A stretch of DNA of 64,000 nt, from assembly GCF_988242995.1 (NCBI RefSeq), contig NZ_OZ547043.1; one strand, given 5' to 3'. A program made the position numbers and the translations under genes. Shown here one piece after another: positions 49,717-59,067 of the stretch. The notes below the pieces were generated by a model that worked only from the letters and a program-made list of their open reading frames with translations, was not told where the DNA came from and did no database searches. How positions within the stretch are numbered: the stretch's first letter is position 1; each line of letters begins with the position of its first letter.

Positions 49717-50630
49717 TATTTCTCCCTTTTCCCGGCTTTAATTCCCTGTACCAGCGTACTGGTAGTAACCTTCAGAAGGTCGATATACGTAGGTACCGGG
49801 CCGTTTTCTGTGCTCAGGGAATCGACATAGAGTACACCGCCGTAGTGCGCGCCGGTTTCACGCGCAACCTGACGCGCTGGTTTATCGGAAATCGTACTCT
49901 CGCTAAAGACTGCCGGGATATGATTTTTCTTCACCATATCAACAACCTTACGTACCTGCTGCGGCGTGCCTTGTTGATCGGCATTAATCGGCCACAGATA
50001 AAGCTCTTTTAGCCCCAAATCGCGTGCGAGATAAGAAAAAGCCCCTTCACTGGTGACCATCCATCGCTGATTCTCAGGGAGTTCAGCAATCTGCTTACGC
50101 AGGGGGGCAAGGGTTTGGGTAATCTTGGCTTTATAAGTATCGGCATTACGTTGGTAGGTTTGTGCATTTGCCGGATCGTATTTTATCAACGCATCACGAA
50201 TATTATCGACGTAAATCAGAGCATTATCTGGCGACATCCAGGCATGGGGGTTAGGTTTGCCCTCATAGGGGCCTTCAGTGATCCCTACTGGCGTCACACC
50301 CGAAGAGACAATTACTTCTGGAACCCCATTAAGATGCTGGTAAAAGCGTTGGAACCACAATTCCAGATTCATACCATTGGCGAGAATCAGTTGTGCCCCC
50401 TGCGCACGTTTAATATCGCCAGGGGTAGGCTGATACTCATGAATTTCTGCACCGGGCTTGGTTATGGATGAGACTTCTGCAGCATCTCCAGCCACGTTTT
50501 TGGCCATATCTGCGATGATGGTAAATGTTGTAATGACCTTGAATTTTTCAGTTGCACTCGCCTGAAATGCGATCGAGCAGGTGAGGGCGAGGCACCCCAA
50601 GAGCATGGTTACTTTTTTTATTGAGTACAT
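49716..50630 (-). CDS. sitA: Periplasmic Mn/Fe-binding protein SitA
   Basis: 304-aa ORF with signal peptide; metal-binding SBP family; first gene of operon. Confidence 0.85.
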   Translation of the reverse strand: MYSIKKVTMLLGCLALTCSIAFQASATEKFKVITTFTIIADMAKNVAGDAAEVSSITKPGAEIHEYQPTPGDIKRAQGAQLILANGMNLELWFQRFYQHLNGVPEVIVSSGVTPVGITEGPYEGKPNPHAWMSPDNALIYVDNIRDALIKYDPANAQTYQRNADTYKAKITQTLAPLRKQIAELPENQRWMVTSEGAFSYLARDLGLKELYLWPINADQQGTPQQVRKVVDMVKKNHIPAVFSESTISDKPARQVARETGAHYGGVLYVDSLSTENGPVPTYIDLLKVTTSTLVQGIKAGKREK

Positions 50631-50663
50631 AATTTAGTACCTATAGTGAGCAAAATTAGAACA

Positions 50664-50683
50664 AACATAGCAACGGCTATGTT
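50664..50683. promoter_or_regulatory. MntR operator-like palindrome upstream of sitA
   Basis: AACATAGCaacgGCTATGTT, the same palindrome type as the mntH MntR box as I recall. Confidence 0.6.
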
Positions 50684-50706
50684 TTATAGCACAACCTATA
50701 CAAAAT

Positions 50707-50725
50707 GAAAATGATTATCATTAGC
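50707..50725. promoter_or_regulatory. Fur box upstream of sitA
   Basis: GAAAATGATTATCATTAGC matches 16 of 19 positions of the Fur consensus GATAATGATAATCATTATC. Confidence 0.65.
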
Positions 50726-51216
50726 AGCTTTGGGGCCCAAAACAGGGATTAGGTTGTTTCCTGCTGGCGACGCGTTATTGAGGAAAAAAGTAAGGCAGCT
50801 AGTAGGCTTTGAAATGACTTGATGAGGAAAATTGTTGATGGCAAAAATGGGGCAAAGCGCTGCAAAAGGGGCAAAAAAGGGGCAAAAAAAGAGTGGGTTA
50901 TCGTAGCTTATTGTTGTCGCTGATGATATTTAACACATTGAAAAATAAGTAAAATACTTATGAGTCAGAGAGTTGTGATTTTTGCCCTTACTTGTTCAGG
51001 TTGTATTGTTCTTTCTTACTAAATTCTTGATTTTGCGACATTTAAAAGCGACTCAATTCGTTATATGGCATCAGAAGAGTATGCGTCATGCCGGAACGCC
51101 CAGCATAAGAAATCTGATATAAAAACTGTGGCGTGTATGGTACGGATTAGAGGGGAAAATGTCAGCACATTTGCGAAATGAATCAAAAAGCCCGCAGGAA
51201 TGTGCGGGCGTTAGTG

Positions 51217-51732
<516 letters not shown>

Positions 51733-51791
51733 TTAGATCAAAGGAGGAAGAATAAGCAGAAAAAGCCCGCCATAACAGCGGGCAGGAGGAT

Positions 51792-52910
51792 TTAGAACTG
51801 ATAAACCAGACCTAAAGCGACAATATCATCGGTAGAGATGCCGTTGGCAGCGTAGAAGCTGTCATCTTCATCCAACAGGTTGATTTTATAGTCAACATAA
51901 GTGGACATGTTTTTATTGAAATAGTAAGTCGCGCCAACATCGGCGTATTTAACCAGATCTTTATCACCGTCGGTACCGACCAAATCCTTGCCTTTAGACA
52001 TCAGGAAAGAGACTGCCGGACGCAGCCCAAAATCGAACTGATACTGCGCAGTAACTTCAAAGTTCTGGGTTTTGTTGGCAATCGTATTTGTTGAATCACC
52101 GTAAGGTGTCATGTTACGCGTTTCAGAATACATGGTCGCCAGGTAGATATTGTTAGCATCGTATTTTGCCCCGGCAGTCCAGGCATCTGCCTTATCGCCT
52201 TTTGCGGTAGAGAATTCAGCCTGCTGGTTAGTGCGATCGGAACTGGTATAGGCGGCACCAAAACTCATGCCCATACCTAAGTCGTAGGTAGTAGAGATGC
52301 CAAGACCGTCGCCATTGGCGTTCTTAATGTTTCGATCACCACCGTTTGCGGTACCTTCTTGCTCATGGGTGACCTGGTTTTCATTCGCACCCTGGTACTG
52401 TAACGCAAAATTCAGACCATCAACCAGACCGAAGAAATCAGTATTACGATAGGTTGCTACGCCATTGGCTCGACCGGTCATATAGTTATCGGCTTTGGTA
52501 TAAGAGTCACCACCGAATTCCGGTAGCATATCGGTCCAGCCTTCGATGTCGTACATTACGCCATAATTACGACCATAGTCGAATGAACCCAGGTCACCAA
52601 ATTTCAGACCGGCAAAAGCAAGACGAGTCCAGGAATCACCTTTATCACCTTCAGAGCCATTAGCCTGCACGTTATATTCCCACTGGCCATACCCAACCAG
52701 TTGATCCGTGATTTGCGTTTCACCCTTAAAACCAAAACGCACATAAGTTTGATCACCATCACTATTGGTATTATCAGAAAAATAATGCAGGCCATCAACT
52801 TTGCCATACAGATCTAATTTGTTGCCGTCTTTATTATAAACTTCGGCTGCATGTGCAGCACCTGCGGCGAGCAGGGCAGGAATTAAAAGTGCCAGTACTT
52901 TGCTTTTCAT
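51792..52910 (-). CDS. ompN: Outer membrane porin OmpN
   Basis: Signal peptide [21 protein letters not shown], porin beta-barrel ending ...VYQF; K-12 order uspF-ompN. Confidence 0.9.
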   Translation of the reverse strand: MKSKVLALLIPALLAAGAAHAAEVYNKDGNKLDLYGKVDGLHYFSDNTNSDGDQTYVRFGFKGETQITDQLVGYGQWEYNVQANGSEGDKGDSWTRLAFAGLKFGDLGSFDYGRNYGVMYDIEGWTDMLPEFGGDSYTKADNYMTGRANGVATYRNTDFFGLVDGLNFALQYQGANENQVTHEQEGTANGGDRNIKNANGDGLGISTTYDLGMGMSFGAAYTSSDRTNQQAEFSTAKGDKADAWTAGAKYDANNIYLATMYSETRNMTPYGDSTNTIANKTQNFEVTAQYQFDFGLRPAVSFLMSKGKDLVGTDGDKDLVKYADVGATYYFNKNMSTYVDYKINLLDEDDSFYAANGISTDDIVALGLVYQF

Positions 52911-53138
52911 TGAATAAATCCTTTAGTTATTTTATTTGCCTTTTCATCCCCATTTTGGGGAGTGAAAGCATCCTAAAGGAGAAGTTCAGTTAGCCGATAA
53001 ATATCATTTGTTACGCCTTAAGTAAAACCTTAATCAAATAATTCTTCTGAAATGATAATAAGTCTGGTGAATGTATTGAAGATAATACATACAAAATAAA
53101 AATTATACTTTTAATTTGCTATACGTTATTCTGCGCGG

Positions 53139-53248
53139 GTTATATGCCTTTATTGTCACAGATTTTATTTTCTGTTGGGCCATTGCGTTGCTACTGATTT
53201 TCCAACAAATAATGAGACAAGCCCGAACAGTCGTTCGGGCTTTTTTTT
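53139..53248 (+). ncRNA. micC: MicC small regulatory RNA
   Basis: GTTATATGCCTTTATTGTCACAGATTTTATTTTCTGTTGGGCCATTG... ending in hairpin gcccgaacagtcgttcgggc plus T-run; matches K-12 micC from memory; between ompN and ydbK. Confidence 0.8.
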
Positions 53249-53276
53249 AGAATTGGATAATCCTTATCCAGTGCAT

Positions 53277-56200
53277 TTAATCGGTGTTGCTTTTTTCCGC
53301 TTTTCCGGCCATTTGTGCCAGGAAGTCATAGCGTTTTTGCAAATCAGCTGCAGCATCTTTCCATAACTGTTCTGCCACTTCTGGCTGCTGCGAATTCAGA
53401 CGACGGAAACGCTGCTCGTGAAGTAACGTTTCTTCCAGTGCTTCTGACGGCGGGCGTGAATCCAGTGCCAGCGGCAGTTTGCCTTCATCGGCTCGACGTG
53501 GATCGAAGCGATATAGCGGCCAGAAGCCGGTGGCAGTGAGTTGGCGCATCTGGTCGTGGCTGAGTGCCAGATCGTAACCATGCTCTTCACACGGGCTATA
53601 AGCAATGATCAGCGATGGCCCCGGATACGCTTCCGCTTCCTGAATCGCTTTCACCGTCTGGTTCAGCTGCGCGCCGAGAGAAATCTGCGCCACATAAACA
53701 TGACCGTACATCATCATACTGACGCCAAGATCTTTACGCGCTTTACGTTTGCCGTGCTCGCCAAACTTAGTCACCGCGCCAAGCGGCGTGGCTTTTGACG
53801 CCTGACCACCGGTATTGGAATAGCATTGCGTATCCAGCACCAGAATGTTGACGTTTTCCGTCAAACTCAATACATGATCCAGACCGCCAAAGCCGATATC
53901 GTAAGCCCAGCCGTCGCCACCAATCAGCCAGATTGATTTTTCCACCAGTGCATCTGCGTCACGTAGCAGTTCATGTGCTTCGGCAACATCGTTGAGTTGC
54001 TGGCGTAAAGCTGCGACCTGTTCTCGACGAACCTCTGGCGTGGCGTCTGATTTCAACGCAGTCAGTAATTCCGCCGGGATTTTATCGGCAAATTGATCCA
54101 GCAGACGCAGCACGCGGACACGGTGTTGATCGACCGTCAGGCGGAAACCAAGGCCAAATTCGGCATTATCTTCAAATAGAGAGTTCGCCCATGCCGGCCC
54201 GCGACCGTTGGTATCGGTGGTATACGGTGTAGAGGGCAGGTTACCGCCATAAATTGAAGAACAGCCGGTGGCGTTAGCGATCAACATCCGGTCGCCATAG
54301 AGCTGAGTCAGCAATTTAATATACGGCGTCTCGCCACAACCGGAGCAAGCACCGGAATATTCAAACAGCGGTGTAATCAGCTGCGATGTACGAATATCAA
54401 TACGCTCCAGTTTGCTACGGTCGATTTCTGGCAGGTTGAGGAAGAAATCGTAATTGATTTTCTCTTCTTCGACATGTTCCAGCCGCGACATCATATTGAT
54501 GGCTTTAATCTCTGGATTCTGACGGTCTTTCGCCGGGCAAACTTCGACGCACAGGTTACAACCGGTGCAATCTTCCGGAGCCACCTGCAAGACATATTTC
54601 TGCCCGCGCATATCACGCGATTTCACATCCAGCGAATGCAGGCTGGCAGGGGCGTTTTCCATCGCTTCAGGCGGCACCACTTTTGCGCGAATAGCTGAGT
54701 GTGGGCAAGCGGCGACGCAGTGGTTACATTGGGTACAGAGTTCCTCTTTCCAGATGGGGATCTCTTCGGCGATATTGCGTTTTTCCCAGCGCGTGGTGCC
54801 CATCGGCCAGGTGCCGTCTGGCGGCAGCGCCGAAACGGGGAGGGCATCACCAAGCCCGGCGAGCATCGCCGCGGTTACGGTTTTCACGAAATCAGGGGCG
54901 GCATCGGAAACCACTGGCGGTCGATTGGCGCTGTGCGGATTAACCGGCTGCAGCGGAACTTCTTCTACGGATTCACGTGCCAGCGCCAGAGCCTGCCAGT
55001 TGCGTTCCACCAGATCCTGACCTTTGCTACTGTAACTTTTGGCAATCGCACCCTGCAATTCTGCGAGGGCGCTATCGCCAGGCAGAATTTGCGTAAGATG
55101 GAAAAAAGCCATCTGCATGACGGTATTAATACGGGCCGCCAGGCCACATTCGCGGGCGATTTTCGCCGCGTTAATCACATAGAAGCGCGCTTTTTTCTGG
55201 TTTAACACGGCCTGAACTTCTTGCGGCAAGCGCGACCACACTTCATCTGCGCTGTACGGCGTGTTGAGCAGGAAAATGCCGCAAGGTTTTAAACGCTCAG
55301 CCATCTGATATTTATCGATAAACTGCAACTGGTGGCAGCCAACAAAATCAGCCTGGGAAATGAGATAAGCGGAACGAATCGGCTGTTCGCTCACGCGAAG
55401 GTGAGAAACCGTCAGGCCGCCCGCCTTTTTGGAGTCGTAAACAAAATAGCCCTGTGCGTACCACGGCGTGGAATTACCGATAATCTTGATATTGTTTTTG
55501 GTCGCGGAAACGCTGCCATCGCTACCAAGGCCATAAAACAAGGCTTCAAGTTTCGCCGAGTTTGGCAGGGTGTTTTCCGGCAACGGCAGTGACAGATTGG
55601 TCACATCATCGTAAATACCAACCGTAAAGCGCGCTTTCGGTTTAGCCGCGTTGAGCTCGGCAAATACCGCCAGTACACAGTCCGGGCCAAATTCTTTGGA
55701 TGAAAGACCATAGCGCCCACCAATGACACGGGGCAGGGTTTCGCGCTCGCCATTATTAAAGGCTTCTGCCAGTGCGGTCATCACATCCAGATAGAGCGGT
55801 TCAGCCTGGGCACCGGGTTCTTTGGTTCTGTCCAGTACCGCCACGCTGCGTACGGATCCCGGCAGAGCTTGTAGCAAGTGTTTGGCGGAGAAGGGACGGT
55901 ACAGGCGAACTTTCAGCACGCCGACTTTTTCGCCACGGGTTAGCAATTCATCAACCACTTCTTCACAGGTGCCAATGGCAGAGCCCATCAGGATAATCAC
56001 CCGTTCCGCTTGCGGATGCCCGTAATACTCAAACGGCTGATACTGACGACCTGTCGCGGCAGAGAAATCATTCATCGCCTGTTCAACATGGTCGTAAACT
56101 GCGTTGTACCACGGGTTGGTGGCTTCACGTGACTGGAAATAGGTGTCCGGGTTAGCCGAGGTACCACGAATCACCGGATGCTCCGGATTCAGCGCGCGGG

Positions 56201-56801
56201 CGCGGTGGGCATCAATTTCGGCCTGCGGTATCAGTTCAAGAATCGTGTCATCGGCCAGCGGGACAATTTTATTGATTTCGTGGGACGTGCGGAAACCATC
56301 AAAGAAATGAATAAATGGCACGCGACTCTTCAGCGTCGCGATGTGCGAAATAAGAGCAAAGTCTTGCGCTTCCTGGACGTTTGCCGCACACAACATCGCG
56401 CAACCCGTCTGGCGCACCGCCATAACGTCGGAATGATCGCCAAAAATAGAGAGTGCATGTGTGGCAACGGTACGTGCCGCTACATGCAGGACAAATGGCG
56501 TCAGTTCGCCTGCCAGTTTGTACAGCGTCGGGATCATCAGCAGCAAACCCTGCGATGACGTAAACGATGTTGAAAGGGCACCCGTCTGCAAAGCGCCATG
56601 CACGGTAGCGATAGCCCCCGCTTCCGACTGCATTTCAACCACGCGTGGTGTGTCTCCCCAAACGTTCTTCAAGCCGTTTCCGGCCCATGCATCAGCCTGT
56701 TCTGCCATCGTGGAACTGGGGGTAATAGGGTAGATGGCGATAACTTCACTGGTGCGAAACGCCACCGAAGCAACCGCGCCATTACCGTCAATAGTAATCA
56801 T
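53277..56801 (-). CDS. ydbK: Pyruvate:flavodoxin oxidoreductase YdbK (PFOR)
   Basis: 1174-aa ORF; ferredoxin-type Cys clusters (CTQCNHCVAACP, CTGCNLCVEVCP); matches K-12 YdbK. Confidence 0.95.
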   Translation of the reverse strand: MITIDGNGAVASVAFRTSEVIAIYPITPSSTMAEQADAWAGNGLKNVWGDTPRVVEMQSEAGAIATVHGALQTGALSTSFTSSQGLLLMIPTLYKLAGELTPFVLHVAARTVATHALSIFGDHSDVMAVRQTGCAMLCAANVQEAQDFALISHIATLKSRVPFIHFFDGFRTSHEINKIVPLADDTILELIPQAEIDAHRARALNPEHPVIRGTSANPDTYFQSREATNPWYNAVYDHVEQAMNDFSAATGRQYQPFEYYGHPQAERVIILMGSAIGTCEEVVDELLTRGEKVGVLKVRLYRPFSAKHLLQALPGSVRSVAVLDRTKEPGAQAEPLYLDVMTALAEAFNNGERETLPRVIGGRYGLSSKEFGPDCVLAVFAELNAAKPKARFTVGIYDDVTNLSLPLPENTLPNSAKLEALFYGLGSDGSVSATKNNIKIIGNSTPWYAQGYFVYDSKKAGGLTVSHLRVSEQPIRSAYLISQADFVGCHQLQFIDKYQMAERLKPCGIFLLNTPYSADEVWSRLPQEVQAVLNQKKARFYVINAAKIARECGLAARINTVMQMAFFHLTQILPGDSALAELQGAIAKSYSSKGQDLVERNWQALALARESVEEVPLQPVNPHSANRPPVVSDAAPDFVKTVTAAMLAGLGDALPVSALPPDGTWPMGTTRWEKRNIAEEIPIWKEELCTQCNHCVAACPHSAIRAKVVPPEAMENAPASLHSLDVKSRDMRGQKYVLQVAPEDCTGCNLCVEVCPAKDRQNPEIKAINMMSRLEHVEEEKINYDFFLNLPEIDRSKLERIDIRTSQLITPLFEYSGACSGCGETPYIKLLTQLYGDRMLIANATGCSSIYGGNLPSTPYTTDTNGRGPAWANSLFEDNAEFGLGFRLTVDQHRVRVLRLLDQFADKIPAELLTALKSDATPEVRREQVAALRQQLNDVAEAHELLRDADALVEKSIWLIGGDGWAYDIGFGGLDHVLSLTENVNILVLDTQCYSNTGGQASKATPLGAVTKFGEHGKRKARKDLGVSMMMYGHVYVAQISLGAQLNQTVKAIQEAEAYPGPSLIIAYSPCEEHGYDLALSHDQMRQLTATGFWPLYRFDPRRADEGKLPLALDSRPPSEALEETLLHEQRFRRLNSQQPEVAEQLWKDAAADLQKRYDFLAQMAGKAEKSNTD

Positions 56802-57074
56802 ATGACACCCTTACATTGCGCAAATGAGGGGCGCACGAAATTGCTGCGCGCCCAGTAGTAATCCTTCAATTTTAGCAAATGGCTTTCTTCTGCATTTTCG
56901 CTTTTGTGTCCCCCTCATCAGCGTAATGAATGTTTTGATCAAACAGAGGGCAAAAAAATAGCCATAAAAAAGTAAAAATGCGGGGCAACGCGCAGGACAG
57001 CTCTCGACGCCGCCCTCTGTGCTGCCTATTATTTATGGCGGTGTCGTTTGGCTTGAAGATCAGAGGAAGAAAAG

Positions 57075-57341
57075 ATGCGAGCAGCGTTTTGGGTAGGGTG
57101 TGCCGCTTTATTGTTGTCGGCGTGTAGTAGTGAACCTGTTCAGCAGGCGACTGCGGCGCACGTAGCGCCAGGTTTAAAAGCGTCGATGTCCAGTAGTGGA
57201 GAAGCAAATTGTGCAATGATCGGCGGTTCGCTTTCTGTTGCCCGTCAACTGGATGGTACGGCGATTGGGATGTGTGCATTACCCAACGGCAAACGCTGTA
57301 GCGAACAGTCACTTGCCGCCGGGAGCTGTGGCAGCTATTAA
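57075..57341 (+). CDS. ydbJ: Lipoprotein YdbJ
   Basis: 88-aa ORF with lipoprotein signal (LLSACSS); K-12 synteny. Confidence 0.8.
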   Translation: MRAAFWVGCAALLLSACSSEPVQQATAAHVAPGLKASMSSSGEANCAMIGGSLSVARQLDGTAIGMCALPNGKRCSEQSLAAGSCGSY

Positions 57342-57760
57342 TTCATTAAATCCGCTAGCTTATAAGTTAATGTCTGTTTCGCGGTCGCCAGCGTTAACTG
57401 GTTCGCGGTCAGATCCACTTGTGCACCTTCTTTCAGCATTTCGCTAATGGTGTTATCGAGTTCATTAAGCTGCGGGTTAGCGCACATCATACGGGTCATT
57501 GCCAGCCCTTTGGCTGTCAGTTTACCATTAGACAGTTTGCCATCACCGCTAAAGCGGTTACACATGCTGCCGGAAATCATCATTTTTTCACCAAAGCTGA
57601 TTTCTGGCGGATTTTTATCGCTGGTCACGGGCTTACCGTTTACGCTTTCCAGCACAAAGCGATGATGCTGTAGCTGTTCTGGGGTTACAGCAATTTTGTC
57701 ATTACTTACACATCCCGCCATCAGCAGGCTTAGCGCAACAAACGCGGCTACTTTCTTCAT
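57338..57760 (-). CDS. hslJ: Heat-shock lipoprotein HslJ
   Basis: 140 aa from MKKVAAFVALSLLMAGCVSND...; matches K-12 HslJ. Confidence 0.9.
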   Translation of the reverse strand: MKKVAAFVALSLLMAGCVSNDKIAVTPEQLQHHRFVLESVNGKPVTSDKNPPEISFGEKMMISGSMCNRFSGDGKLSNGKLTAKGLAMTRMMCANPQLNELDNTISEMLKEGAQVDLTANQLTLATAKQTLTYKLADLMN

Positions 57761-57870
57761 TGTGGTTCTCAATTACAGTTTCTGACTCAGGACTATTTTA
57801 AGAATAGAGGATGAAAGGTCATTGGGGATTATCTGAATCAGCTCCCCTGGAATGCAGGGGAGCGGCAAGA

Positions 57871-58860
57871 TTAAACCAGTTCGTTCGGGCAGGTTTCGCC
57901 TTTTTCCAGATTGCTTAAGTTTTGCAGCGTAGTCTGAGAAATACTGGTCAGTGCTTCTGCTGTCAGGAATGCCTGGTGCCCGGTAAACAGCACGTTGTGG
58001 CAGGCAGACAGACGACGGAACACGTCATCCTGGATCACGTCGTTGGATTTGTCTTCAAAGAACAGATCGCGTTCGTTCTCATACACGTCCATACCCAACG
58101 AACCAATTTTCTGATTTTTCAGCGCTTCAATTGCCGCCTGAGAATCAATCAATGCACCGCGACTGGTATTGACGATCATCACGCCATTTTTCATCTGATC
58201 GAAGGCGGCTTCGTTCAACAGATGGTAGTTTTCCGGTGTCAGCGGGCAGTGCAGAGAGATAACGTCTGATTCAGAGAACAGGGTTGGCAGATCGACATAC
58301 TCCACACCGAGTTCCAGTGCCGCCGCACTTGGATACGGATCGAACGCCAGCAGACGCATACCAAAACCTTTCAGAATGCGCAGCATCGCCACACCGATTT
58401 TACCGGTACCGATAACGCCTGCCGTTTTGCCATACATAGTAAAGCCGGTCAGACCTTCCAGAGAGAAGTTGGCGTCACGAGTACGCTGATACGCTCGATG
58501 AATACGGCGGTTCAGCGTCATCATCATACCGATGGCGTGTTCAGCAACGGCTTCTGGATCATAGGCTGGAACACGGACTACTTTCAGCCCCAGTTCTTTT
58601 GCCGCGTCAAGGTCGACGTTATTGAAACCGGCACAGCGCAGGGCGATATATTTAACGCCGTGCTTTTTCAGCTCTTCCAGCACCGGGCGGCTGCCGTCAT
58701 CGTTTACGAAAATACATACCGCTTCGCAGCCATTGGCGGTTTTAGCGGTTTTTTCCGTCAGCAGAAAGTCAAAAAATTCCAGCTCAAAGCCAAAGGACTC
58801 GTTCACCTGTTGCAGGTACTTCTTGTCGTACTGTTTTGTGCTATAAACGGCGAGTTTCAT
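57871..58860 (-). CDS. ldhA: Fermentative D-lactate dehydrogenase (NAD-dependent)
   Basis: 329-aa ORF MKLAVYSTKQYDKKYLQQVNESFGFELEFFDFLL...; matches K-12 LdhA. Confidence 0.95.
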   Translation of the reverse strand: MKLAVYSTKQYDKKYLQQVNESFGFELEFFDFLLTEKTAKTANGCEAVCIFVNDDGSRPVLEELKKHGVKYIALRCAGFNNVDLDAAKELGLKVVRVPAYDPEAVAEHAIGMMMTLNRRIHRAYQRTRDANFSLEGLTGFTMYGKTAGVIGTGKIGVAMLRILKGFGMRLLAFDPYPSAAALELGVEYVDLPTLFSESDVISLHCPLTPENYHLLNEAAFDQMKNGVMIVNTSRGALIDSQAAIEALKNQKIGSLGMDVYENERDLFFEDKSNDVIQDDVFRRLSACHNVLFTGHQAFLTAEALTSISQTTLQNLSNLEKGETCPNELV

Positions 58861-59067
58861 AAGACTTTCTCCAGTGATGTTGAATCACATTTAAGCTACT
58901 AAAAATATTTTACAAAATTTCAAATATAATTGAAAGCTATGGCGATATTGAAAAATTCATCAACAACTATGCTTAGTGTAGGCGCAACCTTCAACTGAAC
59001 GGTTAAACATGCCACAATACCCGTATTGAATGCTTAATTTTTCGCTAAATCAGGATATTAACTACCC

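Noticed and set aside
53315-56858. Multiple plus-strand ORFs (60 to 168 aa)
   Set aside because: All antisense to the 1174-aa ydbK (PFOR) gene, which matches a known protein end to end.
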